20,000 nt of DNA from an uncultured virus (IMG/VR IMGVR_UViG_3300018005_000013) (Duplodnaviria > Heunggongvirae > Uroviricota > Caudoviricetes): IMG/VR virus record IMGVR_UViG_3300018005_000013. One strand, 5' to 3'. The position numbers were made by a program, and so were the translations under genes. Below are positions 1-8,345 of the stretch, one piece after another. The notes below the pieces were generated by a model. The model saw only the letters and a list, made by a program, of their open reading frames with translations. It was not told the origin of the DNA and did not search any database. Numbering within the stretch: the stretch's first letter is position 1; each line of letters starts with the position of its first letter.

Positions 1-348
1 GACCTCGCAAATCCAGGTCAGGCAGCCGTCGGGCCCGCACTCGCCGCCGAGTTCCGGCTTGGGTCCGGCTTGTCGGTACTCCCTGCCGCACATGCAGCAG
101 CGGCTCAGGCCCTTGGCCGTGCTCTCCCGCAGGTCGCGCAGGTTGCGAGCGACGCGCAGGACGCCGCCGAATGGAAAACAGGTCGCGTTCCAGAGGATAA
201 AGCCGCAGTCATCGTCGGACAGGTCGGGCTTGCGGAGGATGCGGCGAACGAGGTCGTAGGTGGTCAGGCCAGAGGGCGCTGGCTTGGCTGCGCGCTCCCG
301 CAGCAGTTGGGCCTTGTGCTCGTCGGAGAGGTCGGGGGCGTCGCTCAT
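1..348 (-). CDS. Hypothetical phage protein (3' end runs off the window), Cys-rich C-terminal part
   Basis: Manually translated, not in ORF track: ATG at 348 after AAAGGTGG; open to window edge (MSDAPDLSDEHKAQLL...FILWNATCFPFGG...CCMCG...); lies downstream of the promoter at 427-435. Confidence 0.75.
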   Translation of the reverse strand, partial: MSDAPDLSDEHKAQLLRERAAKPAPSGLTTYDLVRRILRKPDLSDDDCGFILWNATCFPFGGVLRVARNLRDLRESTAKGLSRCCMCGREYRQAGPKPELGGECGPDGCLTWICEV

Positions 349-426
349 GGTCCACCTTTACGTCAAGCAATCGGGCTGTGGCTTTCCACAACCCGCCTTG
401 TGGCTACTGGGCTTGCCACACGGCCA

Positions 427-435
427 ATTATACCA
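427..435 (-). promoter_or_regulatory. Sigma70-type extended -10 element (TGGTATAAT)
   Basis: Perfect TATAAT with TGn extension in an intergenic gap, about 80 nt upstream of ATG 348. Confidence 0.7.
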
Positions 436-564
436 TGTCGGGCCCTGGCCGACAGGTGTCGGAGGCCTTCGCTTATTCCAGTCCGCGCCCCGAAAGTGGG
501 GCAAGGCCGCCGCTATTCTACTTTGGGGCCCGAAAGTGGAATAGGCTCGTATCAGATTCTAGTA

Positions 565-705
565 TCACAACCGGAACTTGATCCGAAACGCGCAGCAGGG
601 CAGCGGGCAGACCCACAGGCAACGGGCGACGTGCTGGTCCCAGTAGGCTCCGACCCACAGGTCGTACCAGGCGAAGCGGAAGGTGACGCTCAGGATGTGG
701 GGCAT
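565..705 (-). CDS. Small Trp-rich hypothetical phage protein (46 aa)
   Basis: MPHILSVTFRFAWYDLWVGAYWD...LWVCPLPCC; overlaps the end of the upstream gene; start uncertain. Confidence 0.6.
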   Translation of the reverse strand: MPHILSVTFRFAWYDLWVGAYWDQHVARCLWVCPLPCCAFRIKFRL

Positions 706-986
706 GAGCGCGCTCGCACGAGCTTGAACATAGCATCGACGTCGGGCTCGTCCCGGCACCACAGTTTCAGGAGCGGGTGATCGGGCGAGACCTTGGCTGC
801 CAGCGCCTCGGGTCCCTCCTCGCGGTAGAGCCGATAGGCGTCCACTTCCTGCGGGAAACCGGCAGCCAGGCGGCTCAGGTTCTCCGCGTCCGCCGACCGG
901 ATCGTGGCGAAGAGGTTGTGGAAAAAGTACCCGCTTCGCCCGTACATATTCTCGAGGAACCGGTCGTACCCGTTCGTCTCAGGCAT
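690..986 (-). CDS. Hypothetical protein (98 aa)
   Basis: ORF with SD GAGAGGGG before ATG; protein-like composition (ADAENLSRLAAGFP). Confidence 0.75.
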   Translation of the reverse strand: MPETNGYDRFLENMYGRSGYFFHNLFATIRSADAENLSRLAAGFPQEVDAYRLYREEGPEALAAKVSPDHPLLKLWCRDEPDVDAMFKLVRARSCPTS

Positions 987-1002
987 GGCTCACCCCTCTC
1001 AT

Positions 1003-1275
1003 TCAGATCGTGGGACTTAGCGGGCGACGCTCCCAAAGCTCCCGCTCGATGGCCGTGGCGACATCCCCTTTGGCCCTATCGGTTTGGCACAGGTCGCACA
1101 GCGGATAGAAGATGAATCTCTGCTTGCCCTGGGGAGCACCCCACTCGTGCTTGTCGGTGCACATGACGCCAAAGGATCGCGTCGGCCTGTCGCAAAGGAT
1201 GCACGGGGCCTCGATCTCGCCGTTGGTCCGCGCCCGCATCGCCTCGTGCAGTTGCGCAAGTTGATCCTCCGTCAC
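1003..1275 (-). CDS. Hypothetical Zn-binding protein (90 aa)
   Basis: GTG start; CILC...LCDLC cysteine pairs; tightly packed with neighbours. Confidence 0.7.
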   Translation of the reverse strand: MTEDQLAQLHEAMRARTNGEIEAPCILCDRPTRSFGVMCTDKHEWGAPQGKQRFIFYPLCDLCQTDRAKGDVATAIERELWERRPLSPTI

Positions 1276-1278
1276 CCC

Positions 1279-1713
1279 TCACTCTCCATGGTTCAGGACG
1301 AGCACGGCGCGCAGGAAAAGGATGAACGCCCGCGCATCTGCCAGACTGGGCCTGGGCCGGAAGGGCGTGCCCCGGCACCACTTCTGGCGCGTGACCTTGA
1401 AAATCGGGCAGCGGTGGCACGGGTTCTTGGCACCCCTTTGCCAGTAGGTGTAGCAGAGCGGGCAGTTCCGCCCTGCCTGAACGACGACCTTGTCCTCCTT
1501 GAGCAAGCGCAGGATCACGCGCCACTTACGGATCGACTCGCGGATGGCCGGGTTAGGGATACGGGGCGGCCACATGCCCGCCACCTGGATCGTGTAGCTA
1601 CCATGTAGCCACGGCTGGCCCGCGGGGGCGTAGTGATAGATCGGAATGAAAATCAGGCGCTCGGCGCGCGATCGGCGGGTGGGTCGGTCCGAGCCGAAGG
1701 TCCTGGGGCTCAT
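1279..1713 (-). CDS. Hypothetical Cys-rich protein (144 aa)
   Basis: ATG 1713 overlaps the upstream stop (ATGA), SD GGGGAG; CPLC...CHRCP...C motif. Confidence 0.7.
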   Translation of the reverse strand: MSPRTFGSDRPTRRSRAERLIFIPIYHYAPAGQPWLHGSYTIQVAGMWPPRIPNPAIRESIRKWRVILRLLKEDKVVVQAGRNCPLCYTYWQRGAKNPCHRCPIFKVTRQKWCRGTPFRPRPSLADARAFILFLRAVLVLNHGE

Positions 1714-2351
1714 GCCAACTCCCCCGGAGACTGCATCTGGGGCTCCGGTTCGTGGTCGGGCGTGCAATGCAGGCAGTAGTCCGCCAACAGGTTGCCCTGA
1801 AGACCAGAGGCGGGCTCCTGGGCCGCGGCATAGAAGTCCGCAATCGGACGGTACTGCTCGCATTTCGCGCACCACCGGTCTAGCCGCTGGGGCGGGTACT
1901 GCCCGCCGACCCGCAGGATTCCGCCCGGCCCTTTGAAAATGAGGCCCGGCTCCCAATTCCCTGCGACCACTGTCTCGATGAGGTCGTACTGGACGAAGGA
2001 CGCGCCAACACTGTAGCTCGAGGTGGTCGGAACGCCCATGATGACATAGCGGCCCTGGGGCAGGACCCGGCGCAGCAGTTTCTTGGCCGCGTCCCGGCTC
2101 AAGGGCTGGCCGTCCGCGTCCGCGGCCAGCTTGGGGACGAGCAGCCGGACGGGCATGGCACCGGCCTTGCAAATCTTGCTCAGCCGCTCGCGGGACCTGG
2201 CCTTGTATTCTAGGCTCACGAGAGGGCGACAGGCGGGGCAGAACTTGGAGCCGCCGTGCGGCAGGTAGAGCGCCTGGCAGCGTTGGCAGTGGACCCTGAC
2301 CGTGCACCGGCGCACGGCTCTCGCCTCGAGGGGCGGGGCCGTAGTCACCAT
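1710..2351 (-). CDS. Hypothetical protein with multiple CxxC pairs (213 aa)
   Basis: CQRC, CPAC, CAKC, CLHC pairs; overlaps both neighbours. Confidence 0.7.
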   Translation of the reverse strand: MVTTAPPLEARAVRRCTVRVHCQRCQALYLPHGGSKFCPACRPLVSLEYKARSRERLSKICKAGAMPVRLLVPKLAADADGQPLSRDAAKKLLRRVLPQGRYVIMGVPTTSSYSVGASFVQYDLIETVVAGNWEPGLIFKGPGGILRVGGQYPPQRLDRWCAKCEQYRPIADFYAAAQEPASGLQGNLLADYCLHCTPDHEPEPQMQSPGELA

Positions 2352-2794
2352 TCGCTTCCGGCCAGCTTGTGCAGGTAGTCCATGGCCTCCGCCAGAGTCG
2401 GGAAGACGATGTCGGCGGCCTCGAGTACGAAGGCGTGCCAGTGCACGCTCGGGTTCTCCATCACGACGATTGTGTGCTTGCGCAGCATGTGCGCCCAGGC
2501 CAACTCCATCATGCAGCCAATGCTCACGCCCTTGGCCTCGCGCAGGTCCACGAGGACCACGTCCGCCAGGCCCACCATCCAGGCGTCGCGCTCCACAATG
2601 GCGTGGTTGGTAGAGACGGGGTTGCCGTAGCCGTGCGCCTTGAACTCCGTCTCCGTGCGCAGGTAGCCCTTGCCGGTCATCGGGTGCAGTATCTCGAAGT
2701 CCGCGCCGAGCATCCTGACGATGCCGTCGATGTAGGACACGACCTGCTCCCCCGTGAGCCCCGAAATCGGATGCGCCGTGTACAGTTTGAGCAC
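2345..2794 (-). CDS. Nucleoside 2-deoxyribosyltransferase / nucleotide N-glycosidase-like protein (149 aa)
   Basis: GTG 2794 after SD AGGGAGG; LYTAHP, DAWMVGLADVVLV and SIGCMMELAWA match the NDT/RCL-family pattern, including the catalytic Glu. Confidence 0.8.
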   Translation of the reverse strand: MLKLYTAHPISGLTGEQVVSYIDGIVRMLGADFEILHPMTGKGYLRTETEFKAHGYGNPVSTNHAIVERDAWMVGLADVVLVDLREAKGVSIGCMMELAWAHMLRKHTIVVMENPSVHWHAFVLEAADIVFPTLAEAMDYLHKLAGSEW

Positions 2795-2807
2795 GTTTGC
2801 CTCCCTA

Positions 2808-2996
2808 TCAGGCCGATCCCAGGACCACGCCAAGAGCCCACGCGACGGCCCCGACAATGGCCACGGTGAAAAGCAGTGTGAGCACGATCACCAGGCAGCC
2901 GCGGCCATTATCGTCCGCCGCCATGGAAATGGGGCCGAACAGCATGAGCGCGGCGACGAGTCCCAGGACGATCCAGGCAACGGTGTGGGCAATCAC
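2808..2996 (-). CDS. Small membrane protein, 2 TM (62 aa)
   Basis: GTG 2996 overlaps the upstream stop; SD GGAGAGG; two hydrophobic segments. Confidence 0.7.
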   Translation of the reverse strand: MIAHTVAWIVLGLVAALMLFGPISMAADDNGRGCLVIVLTLLFTVAIVGAVAWALGVVLGSA

Positions 2997-3169
2997 CGCT
3001 TCCTCTCCTTCCGGCGCTTGTGGGCACATCGGAAACACTCGCGCTCCCGTATCTCGCCGCCTACGATCACGACCCCGTGCGGGCGCACAACCGGCTTGCA
3101 CCCGCGCCCGGGGCAGCCCTTGCGCGTGTGGTAAATGGCCACGTTGGTCAGCATGTTGGCCAGCTTCAT
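2993..3169 (-). CDS. Small basic Cys-containing protein (58 aa)
   Basis: ATG 3169 overlaps the upstream stop; CPGRGC...CFRC. Confidence 0.6.
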   Translation of the reverse strand: MKLANMLTNVAIYHTRKGCPGRGCKPVVRPHGVVIVGGEIRERECFRCAHKRRKERKR

Positions 3170-3381
3170 TCGTCGCGCTCCCGGAAAAAGAACGTCCCAA
3201 GAATAAGTAGGCCCAGCAACCATAAGCAGACCAGCGCGGCGGGCAGCCAGATGGGAGTGAAAATCCAGAACCAGGACCAGTGCACGATGCCGAGTACCTT
3301 GGCTAGGACCAGAGCAAGCTGGATGCAGAACCAGCATCCGCCCAGCGGGCCGGAGTCGATGACAGCCTCGTCGGGCATCAT
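3166..3381 (-). CDS. Small membrane protein (71 aa)
   Basis: LAKVLGIVHWSWFWIFTPIWLP matches a common small phage/bacterial membrane protein pattern; ATGA coupling. Confidence 0.75.
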   Translation of the reverse strand: MMPDEAVIDSGPLGGCWFCIQLALVLAKVLGIVHWSWFWIFTPIWLPAALVCLWLLGLLILGTFFFRERDE

Positions 3382-3995
3382 CCCTGCCTCGCTTGCTCAG
3401 CCGCGCCCATCAGGTCCTTCGGGGCCAACTGCGCTCCGGTCTTCGGGTCTTGCCACCACGGCGGCGGCCCGTGGAGCGGGAAGATGTCCGCGCCCTTGGA
3501 GACGATATTGAGGACCTCAAGCAGGCCGGTGGCGAGCTTGTCGTCTACGTAGGTGTGAGTCCGCGCAAGCTCGTGGAGCGTCAGCCGGGCCGACTCAAGC
3601 CGGGCGTCGAGGTTGACCACCTCGTCCTCGAGCGCCGCGTTGTTCGCCAGGGCCTTGTGCTCCCGCTCCTGCGCCTCGGTCAGTCGCAGGGCCAGCGTGC
3701 CCATCCAGCGTTCCCTGCCCTCGAGTTCCAGGTGCGCCTTGCCGATGCGATCCAGAAGCGCCTTGTTGTCGGCCATGAGCGCCTCGGCTCGGCCTTTCCA
3801 GTCGTTGCCGCGCTCCATCGCCGCGGTGAAGTTCGCCCTGAGAACCTCCATCCCCGCCGCGGCTCGCTCGAGGGCGGCGACCCTCTCGCGCATGGCGGAC
3901 CCCATCCACTGGCCAATGTGGTCGGAGAGTTTCCGGCTACCGGGGTCGGCCAGCATTGCGTCCAAGTCGGGTCGAGTGTCCGTGTCCGATCCCAT
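3378..3995 (-). CDS. Coiled-coil hypothetical protein (205 aa)
   Basis: SD AAGGGAGG; Ala/Glu/Leu heptad-rich central region. Confidence 0.8.
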   Translation of the reverse strand: MGSDTDTRPDLDAMLADPGSRKLSDHIGQWMGSAMRERVAALERAAAGMEVLRANFTAAMERGNDWKGRAEALMADNKALLDRIGKAHLELEGRERWMGTLALRLTEAQEREHKALANNAALEDEVVNLDARLESARLTLHELARTHTYVDDKLATGLLEVLNIVSKGADIFPLHGPPPWWQDPKTGAQLAPKDLMGAAEQARQG

Positions 3996-4005
3996 GCTGC
4001 CTCCC

Positions 4006-4236
4006 TTAGTCGCCGCCGCAGGTGCTCGCGGGCAGCGGTATGCTCGGCCTCATGGCCCACCAGGTTTGCGCGGCGTCACGCAGCAGCCTTGCACAGTCGG
4101 GGCACACGTCCAGGTTGTCCGTGGTCCAGCCGTCCTGAAGGTACCAGAGAATGTCGCGGTCCGTGAGTTCCATCGCGTCCGGTTCCCCCTTGGGGTAGCC
4201 CTTGCCGCAGCGGTCGCAGACCTTTTGGGTTGCCAT
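4006..4236 (-). CDS. Small Zn-ribbon protein (76 aa)
   Basis: VCDRCGK...LDVCPDC. Confidence 0.75.
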   Translation of the reverse strand: MATQKVCDRCGKGYPKGEPDAMELTDRDILWYLQDGWTTDNLDVCPDCARLLRDAAQTWWAMRPSIPLPASTCGGD

Positions 4237-4246
4237 GGCCGTCTGC

Positions 4247-4636
4247 CTACTCGGGCCTGGCCTGGCCGCCGAGGCGGTAGTAGGCCACGTCGCTCACGTC
4301 TAGGTCATACATGTGCACCGGCGGCTGCGTGGCGTAGAGCATCGCGTCGCTTTCGAGCATCTCGGCGGCGCGTCGGTGCTCCGTCATCTTCCCGTAGGCC
4401 TCCTGCATCCGGTTGTACGCCGCGGGATCGCCGTAGTTGACCACCAGGTCCGTGCGCTTGCCGCCTGTCACCTCGAACTCACGAAACTCGACCCGGGCCG
4501 TGTCCTTGAGACGGCTGACGGCCCCGGCGTACTCGCCCTGATAGAAGGCGATCCGATCCCGGTGGTACTGGGCCTCCGCCTTGGCAGCAGCGGCGATCTG
4601 GCCAGCGGTGAATCGAAAGACGTGCTTGTCCCTCAT
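4247..4636 (-). CDS. Hypothetical protein (129 aa)
   Basis: ATG 4636 after AGGGAGGGG, overlapping the upstream TGA. Confidence 0.8.
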   Translation of the reverse strand: MRDKHVFRFTAGQIAAAAKAEAQYHRDRIAFYQGEYAGAVSRLKDTARVEFREFEVTGGKRTDLVVNYGDPAAYNRMQEAYGKMTEHRRAAEMLESDAMLYATQPPVHMYDLDVSDVAYYRLGGQARPE

Positions 4637-4857
4637 TTCCCCTCCCTGTCTTTGACAACCTGGTAGGTCGTGCGCGGGTCTTCTTCCTCGGGCCGCAAGA
4701 ATCGGATGGCGGGCAGCATAGCAGCGTAGAGGCGGGCCAGCCGCCAGATTGTGAGCGGTGCCCTCCACCACGGCCCCATCCGGTCCAGGCGCACCAGGAA
4801 GGTCGGCCTGGGCGGCAGGGCCGCGTCCGTTCCGTCCCCAAGGTTGAAAATGGGCAT
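4633..4857 (-). CDS. Hypothetical protein (74 aa)
   Basis: SD GGGGAG; fills the gap between coupled genes. Confidence 0.65.
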   Translation of the reverse strand: MPIFNLGDGTDAALPPRPTFLVRLDRMGPWWRAPLTIWRLARLYAAMLPAIRFLRPEEEDPRTTYQVVKDREGK

Positions 4858-4861
4858 CAGG

Positions 4862-5260
4862 TCAACTCCCCTTGGCTGGCCAAGTTCCTTGCTGGCATCG
4901 GTCCGCGCCCGCGAACTTGCCCCAGACCACGTGCTTGAACTCGATCCGCGTCACCCTCGCCTCGGGGCCGCACCGGTTTGCCCTGCCGAACATGGCCACG
5001 AAGCCCCCCGGCGTCATCCCAGGGAATCCCTCGCGGATGCACTCATCGCGGTCAATCCCCGCCAGCGTGACTTGCCGGGCGCTCACGACCTCAATCTCGC
5101 CGAGGATGCGCTGGCGGTCGCCCTTCTTGAGACCCATGCCCTTCTCGACGGCGATGAGGTGGTCGCCCGGCTTGAGTAATTTCCACCCGAGCCGCCGGGT
5201 CACGTCCTTCGACCCGTCCAGGAATTGCCGCGTGGTCATGCTAAAGGCGATGCGTCGCAT
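4862..5260 (-). CDS. ASCH (PUA-like) domain protein (132 aa)
   Basis: ATG 5260 (TGATG overlap); IAFS...GSKDVTRR, KPGD, ECIREGF and VTRIEF are ASCH hallmarks. Confidence 0.85.
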   Translation of the reverse strand: MRRIAFSMTTRQFLDGSKDVTRRLGWKLLKPGDHLIAVEKGMGLKKGDRQRILGEIEVVSARQVTLAGIDRDECIREGFPGMTPGGFVAMFGRANRCGPEARVTRIEFKHVVWGKFAGADRCQQGTWPAKGS

Positions 5261-5463
5261 CAGGGGGCGTCCGGGCCGCTGGTGTTCACGTCCACGAGCA
5301 GGACCATGCCGACAATGAGCATCACGCCGAGCAGGATCACCCCGAACAGCGGCAGGTCCGTCAGGTAAAGTTGCCAGAGCCCGTAGATCACCCCGCCCAG
5401 TAGCACCGCCAGCGGGACGGAAACCAGCGTCCATCCGATCAGGTGCCGCCATCGTCTGCTCAT
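5260..5463 (-). CDS. Small membrane protein, 2 TM (67 aa)
   Basis: ATG 5463 overlaps the upstream stop; basic N-terminus then two hydrophobic helices. Confidence 0.7.
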   Translation of the reverse strand: MSRRWRHLIGWTLVSVPLAVLLGGVIYGLWQLYLTDLPLFGVILLGVMLIVGMVLLVDVNTSGPDAP

Positions 5464-5672
5464 TCTGCCTTCTCCAATTCGCGCCCGTCGTCCGCGTGGG
5501 CGCACCCGTCGCACAGGGGCTCGAGATAGGTCTGCATCGCCGACCGGGTGAATGAAAACCAGTGCTCCCGGCAATTCTCGGGCGTCAGCGGGACACCGCA
5601 CTTGTGGCAGTTGTGCCCCGCAACCGGCGGCACGTCCTCGACCCCAAACAGGAAGTTTCGTGCATGGTCCAA
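5460..5672 (-). CDS. Small Zn-binding protein (70 aa)
   Basis: CHKC...LCDGC; TTG start uncertain. Confidence 0.6.
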   Translation of the reverse strand: MDHARNFLFGVEDVPPVAGHNCHKCGVPLTPENCREHWFSFTRSAMQTYLEPLCDGCAHADDGRELEKAE

Positions 5673-5696
5673 TTATCTCACCTGTTTCGGCCCAGG

Positions 5697-6173
5697 CTAC
5701 TGCGCGGGACGCCAGACGTACCGACCCCGCCGGTAGCGCGGGCGCAGCCCAGCCGCCCAGCGCCGGGCCTCCCGCACGATCCAGACCCGGTTGCGTGCCA
5801 GCCAGTTCCGGGCTCGGGTGTAATCTGTCCGCGCCCTCCGATCTTGCCCCCACCAGCTTTCGGCGCAGGCATGCGCGTGGTCCACGTCGGACATACACAG
5901 GTCCGCCACGAGCGCCGGAGCCAGGTCTACCGCGATCTTTCGCCAGCGGGCGATGGGAAAGGCGAAGATGCTGGTCTTGTGCTCGACCATGCCCTCCCCG
6001 TTGCGCTTGAGCGTGACCCGGGCCGTGGCCAGGCCAAAGTGCTCGGCCACGACCATATGCAGGCCCTCGTGCACGCGGGCGCAGCGGTTGCAGTGGCATG
6101 CGCCCACGCCGTAGCCCGCCTCGCTCCAAAGCAGGCGTGACCTATAGCGGGGGTTGTGCCGATGCGCCTTCAC
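5697..6173 (-). CDS. Basic hypothetical protein (158 aa)
   Basis: GTG start after GAGGAG; CHCNRC motif. Confidence 0.6.
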   Translation of the reverse strand: MKAHRHNPRYRSRLLWSEAGYGVGACHCNRCARVHEGLHMVVAEHFGLATARVTLKRNGEGMVEHKTSIFAFPIARWRKIAVDLAPALVADLCMSDVDHAHACAESWWGQDRRARTDYTRARNWLARNRVWIVREARRWAAGLRPRYRRGRYVWRPAQ

Positions 6174-6477
6174 TCGTATGCGGCTCCTCGCCGCCCGGCA
6201 AGTGGATCGAGTCCCAGACCATCAGTGCCAGGTTGGCGATGTCTACAGCCTCTTTCCGCATGATGTCCTCGCGGCCATAGGCTGCTCCCGCCGCGAGTTC
6301 GCCCACGTGGCGGATAAGAGTCCAGGCGAGGAACACGGGCGACCAAATCCGCCAGTCGCCGCGGTCGTCCTTGTGCGCCTCTATGGCGGCGATCATCTCG
6401 TGCTCGAAGGGGGCCAGGCTACGGGCCACCCAATTCTCTGGAAGTTCCCGATAGGCCGGTTTCGCTGTTTCAGGCAT
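6142..6477 (-). CDS. MazG-like / all-alpha NTP pyrophosphatase-like protein (111 aa)
   Basis: ATG 6477 after AGAGGAGG; HVGEL...KEAVDIANLALM resembles the ExxE/ExxD helical motif, but the first Glu position is His, so activity is uncertain. Confidence 0.55.
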   Translation of the reverse strand: MPETAKPAYRELPENWVARSLAPFEHEMIAAIEAHKDDRGDWRIWSPVFLAWTLIRHVGELAAGAAYGREDIMRKEAVDIANLALMVWDSIHLPGGEEPHTSEGASAQPPL

Positions 6478-6490
6478 CACGCCTCCTCTT

Positions 6491-6505
6491 GAATGATAAT
6501 CATTC
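6491..6505. promoter_or_regulatory. Perfect 7-1-7 palindrome GAATGAT-A-ATCATTC, Fur-box-like operator candidate
   Basis: Intergenic, immediately 5' of the SD of the 6477 gene; 14/19 match to GATAATGATAATCATTATC. Confidence 0.5.
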
Positions 6506-6544
6506 GCGCCTCGAATGAGGCAGCGGTATGACCGCCTGCCCCAA

Positions 6545-6823
6545 TTATCCCACCGCCTTCGTTCCCGGTTCCTCCGGGTCCCAGCCCTCGAGCTTGATCC
6601 AGTCGTGGAAGGCGCAGCCGTTCTCCCGCCCTGGGCAGACCACACTCGGGCTGACGATGCCGTCGGCAGCAATGTCGTGGTCGGAGAGCGTGCCAATGTG
6701 GCCATTCGGGCAGCAAAAAAGGGCCGTCCGCTGGCCTTCCCCCAGCGGGCCGGGCACGCGGAACTTCCGGCCTCCTGCCCACGTCCCTGGCCGCAGTTCC
6801 TTGTCGTAGGGAATGATAATCAC
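6545..6823 (-). CDS. Small Cys/His protein, DUF6527-like (92 aa)
   Basis: FCCPNGH...VSPSVVC...CAFHDWI pattern; GTG start overlaps the upstream TGA. Confidence 0.6.
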   Translation of the reverse strand: MIIIPYDKELRPGTWAGGRKFRVPGPLGEGQRTALFCCPNGHIGTLSDHDIAADGIVSPSVVCPGRENGCAFHDWIKLEGWDPEEPGTKAVG

Positions 6824-7368
6824 CCGGGCCTCGCGTTAGTCGGCGGCTGGAAGAAGGGCGAGGCCTGGCAGTTGTGCTTGTGGGCCCGGTTGCGCTCGAC
6901 GGTGTCCGACCCGTCCGGCACCGTGGCGTCGCAGATGGAGCAAATCAGGTCATCCGAGCCCTCGTAGGCGTGCCAGCAGGTTTCCCGCAACCCCTCCGCG
7001 AGGCGCTGCGCCCGCTTCTCGAGGTCGCCGACGGCCTGGGCCTGGCGCTCGACCAGTTCCGTAAACACGCGCAGCGTCATGCCGCCCCGGCGAAAGAACT
7101 CCACTCCGTTGAGAATCCACTGCTTGAGCGTGCCGATGCCCTGGGAGGGCGCTATGACCGTACTGGGCTGCCTTGGGTCGCCCGACAGCGGCGCACGCAG
7201 GCTCCAGTCCTTCGGGACCTCGTGGCGAACCGCCTGCGCCCCCGCCAGTAGCGCGTCCAGGTCCAGCGCGTGGCGTTTGACCTCTTCCTCGAAGGCATGG
7301 GCCGCCTTCGTGTCCAGGTGGCCGATCTCCCCGGCGGTGACGAGTAGCTGGATCACATGCTCATTCAT
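6820..7368 (-). CDS. Hypothetical protein with C-terminal C2HC Zn site (182 aa)
   Basis: CSIC...HKHNC; overlaps both neighbours. Confidence 0.75.
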   Translation of the reverse strand: MNEHVIQLLVTAGEIGHLDTKAAHAFEEEVKRHALDLDALLAGAQAVRHEVPKDWSLRAPLSGDPRQPSTVIAPSQGIGTLKQWILNGVEFFRRGGMTLRVFTELVERQAQAVGDLEKRAQRLAEGLRETCWHAYEGSDDLICSICDATVPDGSDTVERNRAHKHNCQASPFFQPPTNARPG

Positions 7369-7675
7369 GGCGCGGCTTGCCCCCGTAGGCCAGCCAATGC
7401 TCGGCCCACTTCAGTTGGCTGCGCATCCGCCGGACGATGCGCTCGTCGCTCGCTTTGAGTTCGGGCAGGGTATGCAGCATGCGGCCCAGGACTTCGGTCG
7501 CGGTGTTCTTGAGGCCCTCGACTTGGGCGCGCACGAAGGTCAGTTGCTTGTCCAGGTGCCGGTTGTCGTGCTCGAGCTTGCGGGCGCGCTGCGCCCAATC
7601 GACGTAGCGGGGCAGGCCGTTGCTCATGGCCTGTATCTCCTCGCTCAGCATCCCGGTCGGATCATGGCCTGCCAC
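7361..7675 (-). CDS. Helical hypothetical protein (104 aa)
   Basis: GTG after AAGGGAGG. Confidence 0.75.
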   Translation of the reverse strand: MAGHDPTGMLSEEIQAMSNGLPRYVDWAQRARKLEHDNRHLDKQLTFVRAQVEGLKNTATEVLGRMLHTLPELKASDERIVRRMRSQLKWAEHWLAYGGKPRHE

Positions 7676-7859
7676 TTTTTCCTCCCTTCGCTACGTCCGC
7701 GGCCTTCGCCCTTTGAATAACGTGGTCGAACTCGCCAGCGCGGAGCGCCTTGAGCATGCACCTCAAGCACATGCCGCCGTTCACGCTGCCCTTCTTGTGA
7801 CAGCGCGGGCACGGGGCATTCATGTCGATCCGAACCACGCCGACGGATTCGTCTGGCAT
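7662..7859 (-). CDS. Small Zn-binding protein (65 aa)
   Basis: ATG 7859 (TGATG overlap); CPRC...CLRC. Confidence 0.7.
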   Translation of the reverse strand: MPDESVGVVRIDMNAPCPRCHKKGSVNGGMCLRCMLKALRAGEFDHVIQRAKAADVAKGGKSGRP

Positions 7860-8320
7860 CAGTGGTCGATCCTGTCCGCGTAAGGTCCGCTCGTATAGGG
7901 GTTGCCGGTCTCTTTCCGCTTGCTGTGAAGCTCCCACGCAAGCGCCATCAGGGAGCCGGGCGACTTGATGGTCAGGCCTCGCTCGTGCATCGCCGTGGCC
8001 GCGTCATGCAGTTCGTCCGGCGTGATCCCCGTCTGCTCGAGGTCGTGCAGCCCCTCGATCCAGTGGCCCCGCTCGCTTTTCGCGGGCTCGCGTTTGATAA
8101 TTTGCTCAAAGGCCTCTGCCAGCGGTACCAGATACTCCGGGGCCCAGCGCCCAGCCTTGGGGCTGTCGTGCGCCTGCGCCAGGATCGCCAGGCCGCGCTT
8201 GCGGAAGGCCTCGACGCCGCCCTCGGAGTTCGTGACGTTGACGGTGCTGAGCTTGCGCCGCGTGCGTCCCAGCGCCTCGTCCAGGGGATTCTCCGGTCCA
8301 CCACTAACTTCGTTGGTCAT
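7859..8320 (-). CDS. Hypothetical helical protein (153 aa)
   Basis: ATG 8320 after GAAGGTGG; C-terminal GITPDELHDAATAM...TIKSPGSL is only loosely like the C-terminal helical domains of phage replication proteins, so no function is assigned. Confidence 0.7.
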   Translation of the reverse strand: MTNEVSGGPENPLDEALGRTRRKLSTVNVTNSEGGVEAFRKRGLAILAQAHDSPKAGRWAPEYLVPLAEAFEQIIKREPAKSERGHWIEGLHDLEQTGITPDELHDAATAMHERGLTIKSPGSLMALAWELHSKRKETGNPYTSGPYADRIDH

Positions 8321-8345
8321 TCCGCCACCTTCTTTGGTAGGATCG

